DNA of 62,918 bases, the filler included, from Rhabdomonas costata (lineage: Eukaryota), in NCBI GenBank assembly GCA_019059605.1. It is 21 parts of 21 records of this genome, joined end to end, with 100 filler letters (N's around TTAATTAATTAA, not from the genome) between each part and the next. Parts side by side here need not be neighbours in the genome. Positions count along the whole stretch, not along the records: positions 1 to 2,898 come from JAHMHO010001783.1; positions 2,999 to 5,895 come from JAHMHO010001784.1; positions 5,996 to 8,891 come from JAHMHO010001785.1; positions 8,992 to 11,888 come from JAHMHO010001786.1; positions 11,989 to 14,887 come from JAHMHO010001787.1; 16 more parts are not named here. The stretch is one strand, 5' to 3'. The position numbers and the translations under genes are program-made. Of the stretch, positions 1 to 12,386 are shown one piece after another. Below the pieces are notes generated by a model, which was given only the letters and a program-made list of their open reading frames with translations, made no database searches and was not told where the DNA came from. Within the stretch, counting starts at the first letter, position 1; the number at the start of each line of letters is the position of its first letter.

Positions 1-727
1 GTTTTTTGGGGAACCGGCCTCCTTAGAGTTCTTCGAGTTGAACAACATTGAACAACAGTTTCTTCGGAGATCGAATACTTTTATCTCTTTGCCAACTGTT
101 CCATCCATCTTTCCTTTCCTTGGGGTCCACGAACGGGCATTGCCGTAAAGGAGATTTGTCTCCCACAGCAGTTGCAGAAAAGAGACAGCCAAGCGAAGGG
201 GGAAGGGGAGACCTCACAAGGCTGGAAGAGCGCTGTTCACGGAGAAGAGAAGGAAAAAGGCCCAATTCAAACAAGGTGGGCATCTCATCCTTTAATCATA
301 CACTGCGGGTGAGTTGCTGACCCACCCACCCCGGCAAAGAGGCAGAACACGACCAAAGATAGGGAAAGGTGAGTTGCAGGTGGTGAGATTGGGTAGGGGC
401 TCAAAGAGGGTTGTTTTTCTTTCCCATCTCGGAGGAAGAAATGTGACAGGCTTGCAAGTTGGTGGTGGTTGTGATGGTTGGTGGGAAGAGCTGAAAAGAG
501 GTGGAAAACGTGGAGCGTGTGCAGGTTACTTTGCTGCAGGGACCGAGATCCTATTGGCCCAAAGCCCAGAAAAGAGAAGGTTTCTTGTGGGGCGAGGAAG
601 GAAAAACATTTTCCTTCGGGAGAATAATTGGAAATCTCATACCGGGCCTTGAGGCTGGAAGATGAGGCTTGAAAAGGGGAAAAGGGAGTGTTTTGAGCGA
701 AAAGGGAGAGAGGGGGTGAGGATCTAC

Positions 728-2608
728 CAGGTAGGGGTCGAGGATTTCCCTGGAAAGGCTCCTGAGGCACACGAGAAAGCTCACCACAACTGAAGCCGCC
801 CAAGAGGTGAATGGCAGGAGCCGCAGAGTGCCGAGCAGTAGCCCGCACTCAAGGAAACCCGTTAGCCTGCGCAGAGGACGAAGCGATAGTCGGATTGAGA
901 TGCAGAGATGCTGCAGAGACACGGTGATGAGCCATCAACCTGACACGTCGTTGGGACTGTTTTGAAACAAACACAAGACAAACGAAAAACAGGTGAGTTG
1001 GAGCTTGGTAACCAGGCAGGTAAGAAATTGAAAGAGACAGAGCAGAGAAACGTTCCTGGGGGTGGGAAGAAGTACAAATAATGGTGGAACAGCATTTATG
1101 ATTGTTCAACCGAGCGCTGGTTCAGCGCCGAAGCTGATCCTTTTTTTATGACCCTCCCACTGCACAGGTATGAATTTTTCGGTATAAATTTTTTTCGCGA
1201 AGAAAATCTATGATACAAATGATTCAAGGAGGGCAATGAAAGAAAAAATAAATGAAAGAAAATCCCTTTTAGCTATGAGATAGTGGAAAATATTTTGTCG
1301 GAAATGTTGCTTCGTCATTCAGTGGCTCAACCCAGGCTGATCTACTGATCCATTTTATGTACTGTTCTAGATGACGCTTTAGCGGTATTTTAACGGTAGA
1401 TTTTTGAACCAATATTCACTAAAAATATCCGGTGACGCTGTGCCGTGAATTGTTTTTGTTTAAAGAAAATGTCGGGAGCATTATTAATACCTTTACGGCT
1501 TTAGGAGGGGAAGAAACTCCGCACAAAGAAAGGATAAGGGCGGCTTGGAAGCGTTTCGTCTGGGGTCTTCGGATGAATGGGGGCAGGAAGAGAGCGTGAC
1601 ACACTGCGTCGCGGCGTACACCGACGCTGCCGCCGAGGCAAAGAAGCCCACTCCTGGGATCTGCTTGGCAAGGAAGAGCAGCAGCCCAAGACCCGCTAGA
1701 CGGGCGGTGCGGCGCAGCGTGACAAGCAACCTAAGTTCATGCAGCCGCTTCACAGCAACAGCTAATGAACTGGGATCGTTTTTGGAGACTGGGTAAGATG
1801 CTTTCCGTCCGCGCTCGCCAAATTTGCTGATCTTTTTCGGTGATTTTCAGGGTTAAATTCTGGCACTGCCAATGAAACCCTAACACCTTTGTGTTGTTGT
1901 CCTATTCTGCATAACTGCCTTCTAACGTTTTGCGCCCACCAGAGAAGAGCATATTCGGCAACTTGGGTTCACCATTTTCAAAACGGAAAAAATGCGAGAG
2001 AAAAAGCTGCATACAAACGCATCGGAGTGCGTGGCTTCAGTGCCTGCAGCCGGTCAGCAAGGTCCGGGGGTAGAAAGCGAAGTTCAGCAAAGAAGACGTC
2101 TGCAGGCGAGTGAGGTGGGAGGTTTTGGAAGGATGGTAAGGCCTTGGGAAAAGGACAGAGCACGACGTGAAATCAAACTTTTTAATGGCGAAGCACAAAC
2201 CATGATGAAAGATAAAAACCCCAAACTGCCACACCGCGCGCGTAAGGTTGTCAAAAGTCACCAGTCTTACTTGAAAAAATACAGCACTGAAAACTACTCA
2301 GCTGTAATAGCTTGATGTGGAGCAGGTGTCTGAACAAACAGCCAGAAATTCGAAAGGAAGCCGTTGGGGAGGAGAGCAAAGAACCGTCGCAAGTTGTGGT
2401 CAGGTAGCGCAGCCCGACCAGCACCACGGTGGGAATGAGGTAAGACACGCCATAAAGCAGCGAGGTGGTGGTGGGCAGGGAGCTTGCCAGCTTGGCGGAT
2501 GGAAAGGCGACGTCCACGGCCAGCAGGATGAAGTGAATCGGCACCATCAACAGCCAAAGGGTGGCGTAGACCCCAACGAAGAGGGGCACCACCAATCGCA
2601 GGTAGCGC
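728..2608 (-). CDS. UsgS/EI24-like multi-pass membrane protein, partial, at least 3 exons (~2385-2608, ~1604-1770, 728-866)
   Basis: Peptides YLIPTVVLVGLRYLTTTCD, LRRTARLAGLGLLLFLAKQIPGVGFFASAAAS and CLRSLSREILDPYL occur in the same order as motifs of fungal UsgS-type EI24-domain proteins. The last junction is in frame (ca|g). Confidence 0.6.
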
Positions 2609-2898
2609 CTTTGCAAAGATACTGACAGGAAGGAACCTATTAAAGGTAACCCACTACTTTCAATACAAAATTTGACAGGAAGAGTAACCTGTACACCCCA
2701 CTGGTGAAACCACTGGTGAAGGCAGAGGCCAGAGCAGGAACTCCGGCGCAAACTCCCGAAAATAGCTTCTGCAGAAAGGTGTACAACCTGACAGCGCTCT
2801 GAGGGGGAAAATGCCACGAACAACAGCACCAAAACGCAAAATCTAAATCTTAAATGCGAATATAAAGGATGCCCAAAGCGGCAAATTTCACCAAACAA

Positions 2899-2998
2899 NN
2901 NNNNNNNNNNNNNNNNNNNNNNNNNNNNNNNNNNNNNNNNNNTTAATTAATTAANNNNNNNNNNNNNNNNNNNNNNNNNNNNNNNNNNNNNNNNNNNN
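2899..2998. other. Artificial contig linker (Ns + TTAATTAATTAA + Ns), first of 20 recurring about every 3 kb
   Basis: The same N-flanked all-frame-stop spacer starts at about 2899, 5896, 8892, 11889, 14888, 17881, 20874, 23859, 26976, 29970, 32964, 35953, 38946, 41939, 44933, 47925, 50917, 53909, 56931 and 59928. Gene content is unrelated across each spacer. Confidence 0.98.
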
Positions 2999-3330
2999 TG
3001 TGGGGTGTTCCCTGCCGAGCAGTCCTGCAGTGCTGGTTTTAGCCAGCTTTTGGCTCAATTAATGTTGATTTCTTAACTTAGAGATGTGCGTAAGTGATCC
3101 AGAGAACACATCGCCGGGATGGGGAGCGAGGAGGTATATACTGCTGCCATGTACCGCTGTGCACTGCCGGTATGCTTTGTAAATTTTCTATTGCCGCCGT
3201 CACTGGTGGGGGGTGCTATCAGGCTGTTCAACCACAGATTCAAAAACTGTACTTTTCTGTTGTTGGCCCAGTGAAAGAAGGCTTGCTTCAGCTTTGCCAC
3301 TCAACCTTCATGGGATGCGCTCCAACTCAG

Positions 3331-5791
3331 GCTGAGCTGGAGACCTCAGAGCTCCGCGAGTTCATCGTGCAGGGCGATGACAGCCAGGCCGGGGGTGGCG
3401 CCTCCCTAGCCTCGGGCCCGGCAGCCACTGCAGCAGGGCCCCGAGTGAGATGGGGAACCGCAGCGGGGGCAGCAGGAGGCGCCGCGCTGGTTACTGGGCC
3501 CCTACGGCCCTCCCGGTTCAGCAGCCTCCTGAAGGCCATCGGACTGCTCCACAAGGTCTCTACCTGGTTGTGGTTGTGGTTGTGGGTGGCATGTCGTTCT
3601 GATGCTGTGGTCTGCATGCAGTTCCCTCAGTAGCGTTGGCATTTCGTCTCACCACAGCCCTGCTCCCTCATGGAAAAACAGTAACCGTCGCTCAAATGCG
3701 TGCGCCATCACATGCAATTGTCGACGGGCACCCTCCCACTTCACACACTCCTCCCTTCAAATGTGTTTGTTGCCCCCCCGCTTCGGCTTCTGAAATGCAC
3801 GCGGGGGTCTTCCCAGGACCTTGGCGGGCGATTCAGCGCAGAATGGATGGACAACGCGACCAACCCCTCGCGCCCCCTGATGCTCGTGGTGTGGCCCCCG
3901 CGGTGCATCAAGAGCATGTTCAGCATCGTCGGCCAGGCCCGCGCCAGCCCCACAGGTGCGCGCAGGCCATACAGTGCAAAGGTGCCGGCTGTATCTCCAC
4001 GGAAAGTCATACATGGGAAGGTGGAAAGTGGAAAGCGGTGCAGCAGTAAATTCACCTTTTGGGTGCGCCAGCTGGGACTTTGACTGAGTCTGCATTTCGT
4101 TCACTTGTTTTAGCATGATTGGATTGTTTCCTAGGAAAACCTTACTGTTTACGAAAGAAAAGGGAAATGAGCAACAAGGAACACAAGGGCAGCTAAGTTG
4201 CAGGGGGATCCAGATCATGAGAAGAAAGCAGATAGCATCGTTGGGAACAACGGGAAATAGGAGAGGAGAAATTTGATTGTTTTTCGCCTGTCAAACTCTC
4301 ACCGTTTTGCTTTTTGATTCTGCGTACTACGCAGGATTACGTTACGTTTTCTTAAGATAGTGCTGTTCCACAACTCTGCAGTATCTGCACCTGCACTGCT
4401 GCCTTTTACTCTCTCCAGTGTCGAGGGCCTGGCAGCAAATCTGGAGCTTCACTGCGGCGTATGTCGAGATGCTGGCCAACTTTGTGGCAGAGCCTGCCAC
4501 GGCACAGTTCGTGTTCACCAACCTGGAGCACGAGAGGCAGGTTTGGCCCAGGCCTGTATTTCTGCGTCACCTTTTTTATCATGATTTGCAAGGGTTTTCC
4601 AGCAGGGGATCAGCCGAGGAGAGATGCGCGATGGTGGGGCCTCCCTTTGGCTGTAACCCAGGTGCCTCAAGTGCGGTGGGAGTTCCTGTTCGACTTCCCC
4701 AACCAGACCTACCAGACCTACATGCCGCAGCGCACAGATGGGTGTGGATCCCTCCCACTCTTCTCCTCACCAGGGGCTCTCATTTGTTGCCCTTCTGCAG
4801 AGAGGACCATTTTGCCCAGTCGTGCCCGTATTGAAACTCGGAAAGGACAACATGATGGGCGATTGCGATCGCGCTGCTTTTTTTACTTTTCTTCTGGGGG
4901 GAGAGAAAATATGACACTTCCACTGCCCGCCTTTTGCAGCGAGTTAGTGAGGAGGTAGAGGTTTTCTGGCGTCACGGGGCGTCGCCATTTTTTTTGATGC
5001 AGGGAACAGGCACCCGAGCTCCCCTCGCCCGCCAAAGAAGACCTAATCAAAGGTCGTTGTTTGTGTGCTTTTTTGGTATTCCGCTGGCCCCCTCCTCCCC
5101 CGCATCTCAGATTCTCACCTCACGGTTAACACTCTTAGGGACCGCGTCGGTATTTGCAGGCGCTCTTAAGTGTTGGTTGTGCCTGGAAATGTTTTGGCTG
5201 ACTTTGATAGCTGAAAGGAATTCATTCCCGCCTTCTCCGGTGTCACTGCATTTTAAATTCGTTAGTTTTGCTCCAGCGACGAAGAAAGAAGAGAAGCACA
5301 AGGAAAAGAAAAATAGAGTGTAATTTAGGCGAGAAGGGGCGTACGAACGAGGCGGAGAGATGCGGTGTGCATCCACCCTGGCTCACAAACTTGGGCATCA
5401 CAGGTCAGTGTTGCCTTGAGGGGCGTCGGTAAAATAGGTCATATAGCTTTTTTAAGCTATACGAACATGTTACTGAGACAATTCAACGCGTCCTTTTCCC
5501 CCAACACTCAGGTATCTGGTGCTCATCTTTCGATTCTCTTGTGATGTGGTCCCCTTCCCCGAATTTGTAGCGATCTTGGGACTGTTGGAGGCCCTGGCCC
5601 GGCACTCGGAGTACGCGCTGGCACTCATGGCCTCGGAAGCCTCGCGGTACCCCGCACTGCCTGTGCTGCTGCGGCTGCTGGCCAGCCCCCTGAGCTGCGG
5701 GGTGGTGGGCCAAGCCTTCCAAGCCCTTGCCGCGTTCGCTCTGCGCCCCGCGACGGCAGTGCAGATCTGGCGCAACGTCACCGCCATGCAG
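3331..5791 (+). CDS. NUP205: Nucleoporin Nup205/Nup192, internal exons 3331-3555, 3817-3955, 4419-4540, 4662-4741, 5512-5791
   Basis: The exons splice in frame. AYVEMLANFVAEPATAQFVF...VRWEFLF and LLRLLASPLSCGVVGQAFQALAAFALRPATAVQIW resemble the Nup205 alpha-solenoid motifs. The last donor is GC (5792). Confidence 0.65.
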
Positions 5792-6088
5792 GCACGCTCT
5801 CCACTATCCTCAACTCCCAACCGCCCACCCACTTACCCAAGGGAAACCATAACGCAGACATGCACAACGCATATGCAGGGAAAGGCTCCCAACACNNNNN
5901 NNNNNNNNNNNNNNNNNNNNNNNNNNNNNNNNNNNNNNNTTAATTAATTAANNNNNNNNNNNNNNNNNNNNNNNNNNNNNNNNNNNNNNNNNNNNCAAAT
6001 AAAAGTATCCACCGCAATATAATTACTAAAAATTGCCGAACTGAGAACCCATTCTGTTGGCTGCTCTGGCTACCAATTACAACTGCAG

Positions 6089-8530
6089 GTTTCCCTCGAC
6101 CATGCGCAGTACTTTGCGTACCAAGTCTTACTTGGGGTGGAGGCTCTGCATGGCGCGGGGATTATTCACCGCGATCTGGTATGTGTGCGTGTGGGTGTGG
6201 TCAACCTTTCCTTCTTCGAACTTGGTTGTAAAATACGAACTTGCCTTTGTCCAATCTCCTGCAGCCTTCTTGTCGTGTGGTTGCATTTCCAGTGAAATGC
6301 AGAACTAGGCCATTGTGAAAAAGAAAAGAAAAGGCAAGCAACAAAAGAAAATGCAACAAATGTGCGCGGGTACATAGACAAAGATTCGTTTAATGAGGGA
6401 GGGGAGGGGGAGGTCCCTCCACCCATTCATTCACCCGCCCGTTCCGCCACCCCGATCTTACTGTCCTGCATTTACACCCCTACCACCCATTTCCACCTTT
6501 CCACTGCTCTGCATCACCCACAAGGGCTATCCGGTTTCTGCAGCGGGGACTACTGCAACAAGGCGTCGTCAGGGCAAAAAGTCGCCATCTAAGGCGAAAA
6601 GTAAAAAAAAAACACTGGAATTCAAATTTGATTGCTTGCTAGATTTACGAGAAATTATATCTTTAGCTGATTCAAAAGAGTAGATTTCAAAAACACCAAC
6701 GTGACACATAGTGCCTCACGTACTGAAGCCTTTTGTGGATGCCGTCACCAAGGAATTGATTGGAACGAATGCCTAAAGGTTTTGGTCACAAACACATCAC
6801 ACATACATGTTCATTGTAGACTTCATCACAAAATTTCACAGAAGAACAAAGAGAACGTCATTGTCTTCCCCGACTTTCTTCACTCTGGAACTATTTTTAC
6901 GTGTGCTCCGTCAACTGTGTATTTTGCCTTAGGTGTCCATTTTGCCAACTCAACCGCTGTAATAAAAGGTGCGGCTCACCATATGCAGGTGAATGTGCAT
7001 GCAATAAAATTTTTTTGGCATGATTGTTTTAATGATGCCATGTGTTTGAGTGGGGTTTGCAGGAAAAATTGCGACATATTTGGAAGTGAAATTTGATAGC
7101 ATGACTCGAGTGGCAAGATGCCATAAAAGTGTTCAGCAGCTTATTTGTCAAGTGAATTGCTCTACGGATACATAAGCGTGGTTACCACCTCACCTCGACC
7201 CAAAGATGCTGTCTCGTGCTCTATATCCCAACCTCATTTCCTGCAGAAACCTCGCAACCTTCTCGTGAAGGGTGACTGCACCTTGAAGGTGTGCCGCACT
7301 ACTTTTGCAGAGGCACGCATTTCTCAATTTTTCTTATCTTTGCGATGCGACTGACCTCATCGGTGGTGTCGCTGCTGTCCTCATCCAACAAGAAACCGCC
7401 TTACGACCGAGTTGCGTTTTAGATTGCGTTTTACGACCAAATTGTCCCCCGTGTGTCAGCTGTTGATGGTGATGATGCGCACATTCAGAAGGGAACGTAT
7501 GTCGTGCGGGGGGGGGGTCAAAGATCTGCGACTTTGGGATGTCTCGAGGTCACCAGGAGGCTGACGAGACAATGACGGAGTACGTCATCACAAGGCATGC
7601 GTGGTGTTTTCATATGCAAAATTCATCATAGGGTCATATTCCTTGCTGGCTCCCGACACACATGCAGCACCCTCATGCGCTGTGCTCAGCTCCCTCTCTA
7701 CTGCCTGTACTTCTTCTGTTCCAAAATGGAATGCAATGGTTCCTGGGGTTCTGACCGGATCGAAAGCTGGGCTTGCGTGCTGCCTCTCCCTGAGCTTCGG
7801 TTTTACTATGCCTTGGGATTCTGTGGATGTGTAAGAGAGGAGAAGGCCTTGTGGTCTGTGGGGAACACCCAGGTGGTACCGAGCCCCGGAACTCCTTCTG
7901 AAAGAGAAGCACTATGGGTTTAAAGGTGTGTCTGAACCGTGCATCTTGGGTTACGCCAGATTTCTACTTTTGCTGGGAAGGCGAGCGGGTTGCACTCTTC
8001 TTTTTGTTCTTTGGCTTGTTCAGTCAACCGAATTCCGTCAACCCTCTGCCGGATTTCGGAATCTGGAGAGAAGCAGCACCAAATTCAGGCAAAATCTGCT
8101 GGGCAAAAAATATAGGATACTCACCACTCAGGACCTGTGCTTCCTCAATGAAACCTGCTGTTGTCGACTCAAAGTTGGCAACTCCGTGGTCTGGCAACGT
8201 CTTTTTCTTCCCGCTCGCTTTCTTCTTACTTCTTTAGTGGGCGGGTATTTTTGCTGTTCTTTTTTAGTTCTTGGGTTGCACCATTGTTGCTACCACAATC
8301 GCTAAATCCTGTGTCCATCCTGTGTGCATCCAACCCTTTGCCATGTGCCGCTGCTACTGTTGGCACCCCGATTGTGCGGGCATGGCGTGGATCTTGGGTG
8401 GTTCAACACTAGACAATGAATGCAGGGAGACAGGGAGTGACGCACGCACCCCGCGCAGTGGACATATTCAGCGTGGGATGCATCTTGGGGGAGATGTTCC
8501 TGGGCAGGCCCGTCTTGCCTGGACATGACT
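6089..8530 (+). CDS. MAP kinase (TEY activation loop), exons 6089-6178, 7247-7288, 7524-7594, 7873-7925, 8459-8530
   Basis: Spliced translation: ...LHGAGIIHRDL|KPRNLLVKGDCTLK|ICDFGMSRGHQEADETMTEYVITR|WYRAPELLLKEKHYGFK|VDIFSVGCILGEMFLGRPVLPGHD. Confidence 0.95.
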
Positions 8531-9537
8531 GTATGCACTGTTGCCCTGCCTCGTCTCCTTTGACCCTTCTGCCTCCCATTATATACGCATTGTTTCCTGC
8601 TGCTGTCTTGATCCGATTTCTTTTCGATGCTCTGATTGTGAACTGGTGAAGCCATAGGAGCAACATTCATAAGCTCTCAGGTCCTTGTGGAATGCTCCTT
8701 GCGTGTGGGGTGCTGCAGGTGTCGAAGCCCACTGTGCTTTCTTCCCGAACTCCACTTCTCCGTGGCTGCCCATAATTAAAAAGCAACAGGAGACTGTCTC
8801 CAGGAGGAGGAAGGGGTGCGGCTTGTTAATTATGGGCAGCCACGGAGAAGTGGAGTTCGGGAAGAAAGCACAGTGGGCTTCGACACCCACANNNNNNNNN
8901 NNNNNNNNNNNNNNNNNNNNNNNNNNNNNNNNNNNTTAATTAATTAANNNNNNNNNNNNNNNNNNNNNNNNNNNNNNNNNNNNNNNNNNNNGGTTGTGTT
9001 TTGCCCCCTGAGTGGAAATATATTTTGTCCGCACCACCTTAAAACTGAGAGGTTTTGAAATGTCCTTCGAGAGTGTTGGAGGAAAGCAATCAGTTTTCAC
9101 GGTGGGTTGTATGCACCAAGACGAATATCGAAAACATCGAAATACAAAAGGAGGGGAGGAAAGAAGAATGGCGCACTAATAGCAATGCAACCAGATAACA
9201 CTTTTCCGAATTTCGCGATTTAGCGTTGTAGCATTGTAACATTGTAAAAAAACAAATGTGCCACGTGCGCCGCCCCCTAATCCCCTGCGAGACCAAATGA
9301 ACTCACCTCGGGAACTCTTTTGGAGACTAAACTGCACTGGCTCCTCGGATCTTAGCCGCGGAGCGCAGGGGAGCAGCCCAAGAATCCCGCACCTGCAGAA
9401 AGTAACTCGACCAAGATTTCAGAGCGTCGCGTCGCCGTAAATGTGAAAACAATTCGGTGGCATAGCGCTAATAATTTGTTTGTGCTCCCTCACTACTTCA
9501 AAACTGAGGCTCGACAATCACCTCTCGCCTTTTTCAG

Positions 9538-9939
9538 GTGCTGATCTCACCGAACGAAACTATCGGCCTGCAGTGGAGGCTGGTGGTTGTACTACCAGAC
9601 TCAGACTACTACTCTGGGATCTGGAGGCTTAGCCGAGTTGCTGGGGCCGAGGGAGGTGCCATCCTGGTCGTGTTCCTGCTCACTGTGATCGGGATGACTC
9701 ACCTTTTGGTCACCCGCCCACTGCGGATGCTGACACGGCACATTGACCAGCTGCGGATGACACTGCTCAGCGGAGATTCTGCCCCACTGGGGACGACGGT
9801 CCACCGGCGGCACGACAGCCATGGCACCAGTGTTGCCGTGCTTCTTGCCACCACTAGGAGCAGCGGAAGGCACGGCTCCAACTCCAGCATGAACTTAGGG
9901 GAGCTTCCTGCAATAGAAAGGAGGCGAAGGGGCTTTTAG
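9538..9939 (+). CDS. Exon of a membrane sensor-like protein (end of Cache-like domain, TM helix, HAMP-like segment)
   Basis: Polypyrimidine-CAG acceptor at 9537, then GLQWRLVVVLPDSDYY, a hydrophobic helix, and TRPLRMLTRHIDQL. Confidence 0.55.
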   Translation: MLISPNETIGLQWRLVVVLPDSDYYSGIWRLSRVAGAEGGAILVVFLLTVIGMTHLLVTRPLRMLTRHIDQLRMTLLSGDSAPLGTTVHRRHDSHGTSVAVLLATTRSSGRHGSNSSMNLGELPAIERRRRGF

Positions 9940-10399
9940 GAGGGTACCTCTCTGCGGCTAAGGTTTCTATCTTCTGCTTGCTCTTATTTGTCCAAGTGTG
10001 ACTATGGTTTTTGGGGTAAATTTCGGCACGTTTTTCGAATTCCACAAAGTGCTGCAGTTATAGTTGTTCATAAAAAGGTGGGTCGTCCTTGTATCGAAAG
10101 CTCCATTCCAGGTTTGTGTGGATCCAAATGGGAAGGATTAGTGCCAGTTCGCTTTCAGACACCAATGGCAAAGGTGTTATTTTTCTCCGGAGCGCTTCTA
10201 AAAATCTTAGGCAATCTAAAAAACCCTTTTTTGTTGCAAAGCCGGCAATCGGTTCCCTTTTGACCAAGGAATCAATGCCATTCCAGTCCATTTCAGTGGG
10301 TTGAATTGGGTTTCATCTGGTCCTATCTGGTTCCACTGACATCGCAACCCACCGTCATGGTTGCTGAGTTTTTATTAGCCCCCCCCCCCCAACAAAAAG

Positions 10400-11818
10400 G
10401 TACTTCCGGCGGCTGACACTTGTTCTTCTCGGAGGGATCCTCCCATTTGGGTCCATATTCATTGAGCTGTACTTCGTGTTCACTTCGTTCTGGAACTACA
10501 AGTTTTACTACGTCTACGGGTGTGTGCGACTGTGCTTGCGGGTCCTCACAGGAGATGGGATGCGCTGAACGGGGCCCACTTCTGTACCCGACAAGAGTTT
10601 CTTTTCAGTGCTTCCTGTTACAATGGAAACGGTTGCCCCTATGTCTGCAAGTTTATATGTGATGTTTGCTCGAACAAGGCGTTACTAAGTCTTCAAAGCT
10701 GGAGGCTGGTTGGTCGCCAGACTTGACAGCAGGGAAGCGGCTGTTATTTGGGTTTCGTGAATCAATGCAGAGCGCATTAATGTGTTTTTCTTTTTGTTGT
10801 GCGAAGGTTCCTTTTCTTGGTCTTCATGATCCTTCTGGTGGTGCTGGCGTGCGTCAGCACAGTGACCACCTACTTCTTGCTCAACGCAGAGGACTACCGG
10901 TGTGTTTCTGGTGGCGTTCCCGAGTGAGTTTATAGTTCGTTGGGTTTTGCTTAGGTCCAGTCACGCGGCTGGCGTATTTTTGTCTTTCGAGGTCTCCGAG
11001 GTTGTTGGGCACTGTGAATTGACTGGTTGAGTTGCAACCAAGGTGTTGGAGGTGCCAGATAGCTGGGAGAGTAGCTGTCTCATCGTGTGTCCTCGTGTGC
11101 TGTTGATGCGTGTGTGAATTATACTGCTTCGTTGTTTCACCCGGCATGCCTCGAAATCCGTTTGCAAAGTGTCTGTATTATGTGAAGGTGATGCTTGCTG
11201 GTATCAGATCCACGAAGTAATTATATCCAGTGATTATCGTTTTGTGGCTTATGGTGCCTCACCATTGCCAGCGTTCCTATTGGACAGGTCCTGCGAGTTG
11301 TAAACCTTTTTGCTGGCAGATGGCAGTGGACGAGCTTCTTCATTGGATGCTCCACTGGGGTGTACACCTTCCTGTACGCGGCCTACTTCTTCCGGTACAA
11401 GACCAAGATGAGTGGGCTGCTGATGACGCTGCTGTATTTTGGCTATATGGCGCTGCTGAGCTTCGGGTTCAGCTTGCTGGCAGGCATGCTTTCTCCGGTC
11501 CTTTCCCGCTGTCTGTGGACATAATTCTTGCATGGCGATTCATCATAAACTCCCTCGAATATCTCACAAATCGATGAGTCTACCTCTGATGTTTGCTGCA
11601 GTTCTGCATGGTTTTTTCATATGGTCGCGCTTAATAATCAACTCCACCAAACAAGGGAAGATAGTTTTTGTGGGAGAGCAGTCACAAGAGAACTGAGTGA
11701 ACTCGTCGTTTTGCTTTACACACAGTCCCGCCTCCCATCTCTCCCCTCAGGGGCGGTGTGCTTTCTGGCGGCGAGGCAATTTGTCTGGCGGATCTACCGC
11801 AACCTTAAACTGGACTAG
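10400..11818 (+). CDS. TM9SF: TM9SF/EMP70 nonaspanin, C-terminal exons 10400-10519, 10807-10899, 11320-11483, 11751-11818
   Basis: [36 protein letters not shown]...[14 protein letters not shown]...|...IYRNLKLD* with the terminal KxD motif. Confidence 0.95.
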
Positions 11819-12355
11819 ACCAGGGCCACGGACACGGCTGTACCCTGAGCTGTGGTTCGCACAAACACAACTGCTTTAACACAACAACNNNNNNNNNNNN
11901 NNNNNNNNNNNNNNNNNNNNNNNNNNNNNNNNTTAATTAATTAANNNNNNNNNNNNNNNNNNNNNNNNNNNNNNNNNNNNNNNNNNNNGGTTTGGTGGTG
12001 GTGCGTGCGTGCGTGTGAGTGTCTGTGTGTGTGTGGGAGGGTATATCTGTCGACGTGTTGACCTGTTGATATTAAAAAAAAGCTGGCCGTTTGGCAGAGA
12101 AGAGAAGCAGCACACAAACGAAAGGGTTTCTCGCCCCATTGTGTTGGGCGCCAGGTGGTGGAGGACACAGAGTTTCTTTCGCGCCTTTTTGTACACGAGC
12201 CTGGGACACTGGGGGAGGCGGAGGGTCTTGGCCTGTTGTTTGGTGAACCGACACCCCACACCCCACGTCTGACGTACCCAGGCTCGTACCCAGGCTGCGC
12301 GCGTCTTAGGTTAGGGGCAACCTTTCTTTTCTTTCCATCATCGCATTCCTTCACT

Positions 12356-12386
<31 letters not shown>

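Noticed and set aside
2200-2292. Box C/D snoRNA-like ATGATGA...CTGA
   Set aside because: No terminal stem or recognisable guide, and it is antisense to the host intron.
2943-2954. Regularly spaced TTAATTAATTAA as a CRISPR-like or biological repeat
   Set aside because: Always embedded in N runs; it is an all-frame-stop concatenation linker.
8531-8815. Non-conventional intron after the MAPK PGHD exon
   Set aside because: I could not place the next exon by homology, and the region abuts a probable fold-back artefact, so no boundary can be supported.
12155-12242. Possible plus-strand exon VVEDTEFLSRLFVHEPG
   Set aside because: No family recognised and no partner exon to anchor the frame.
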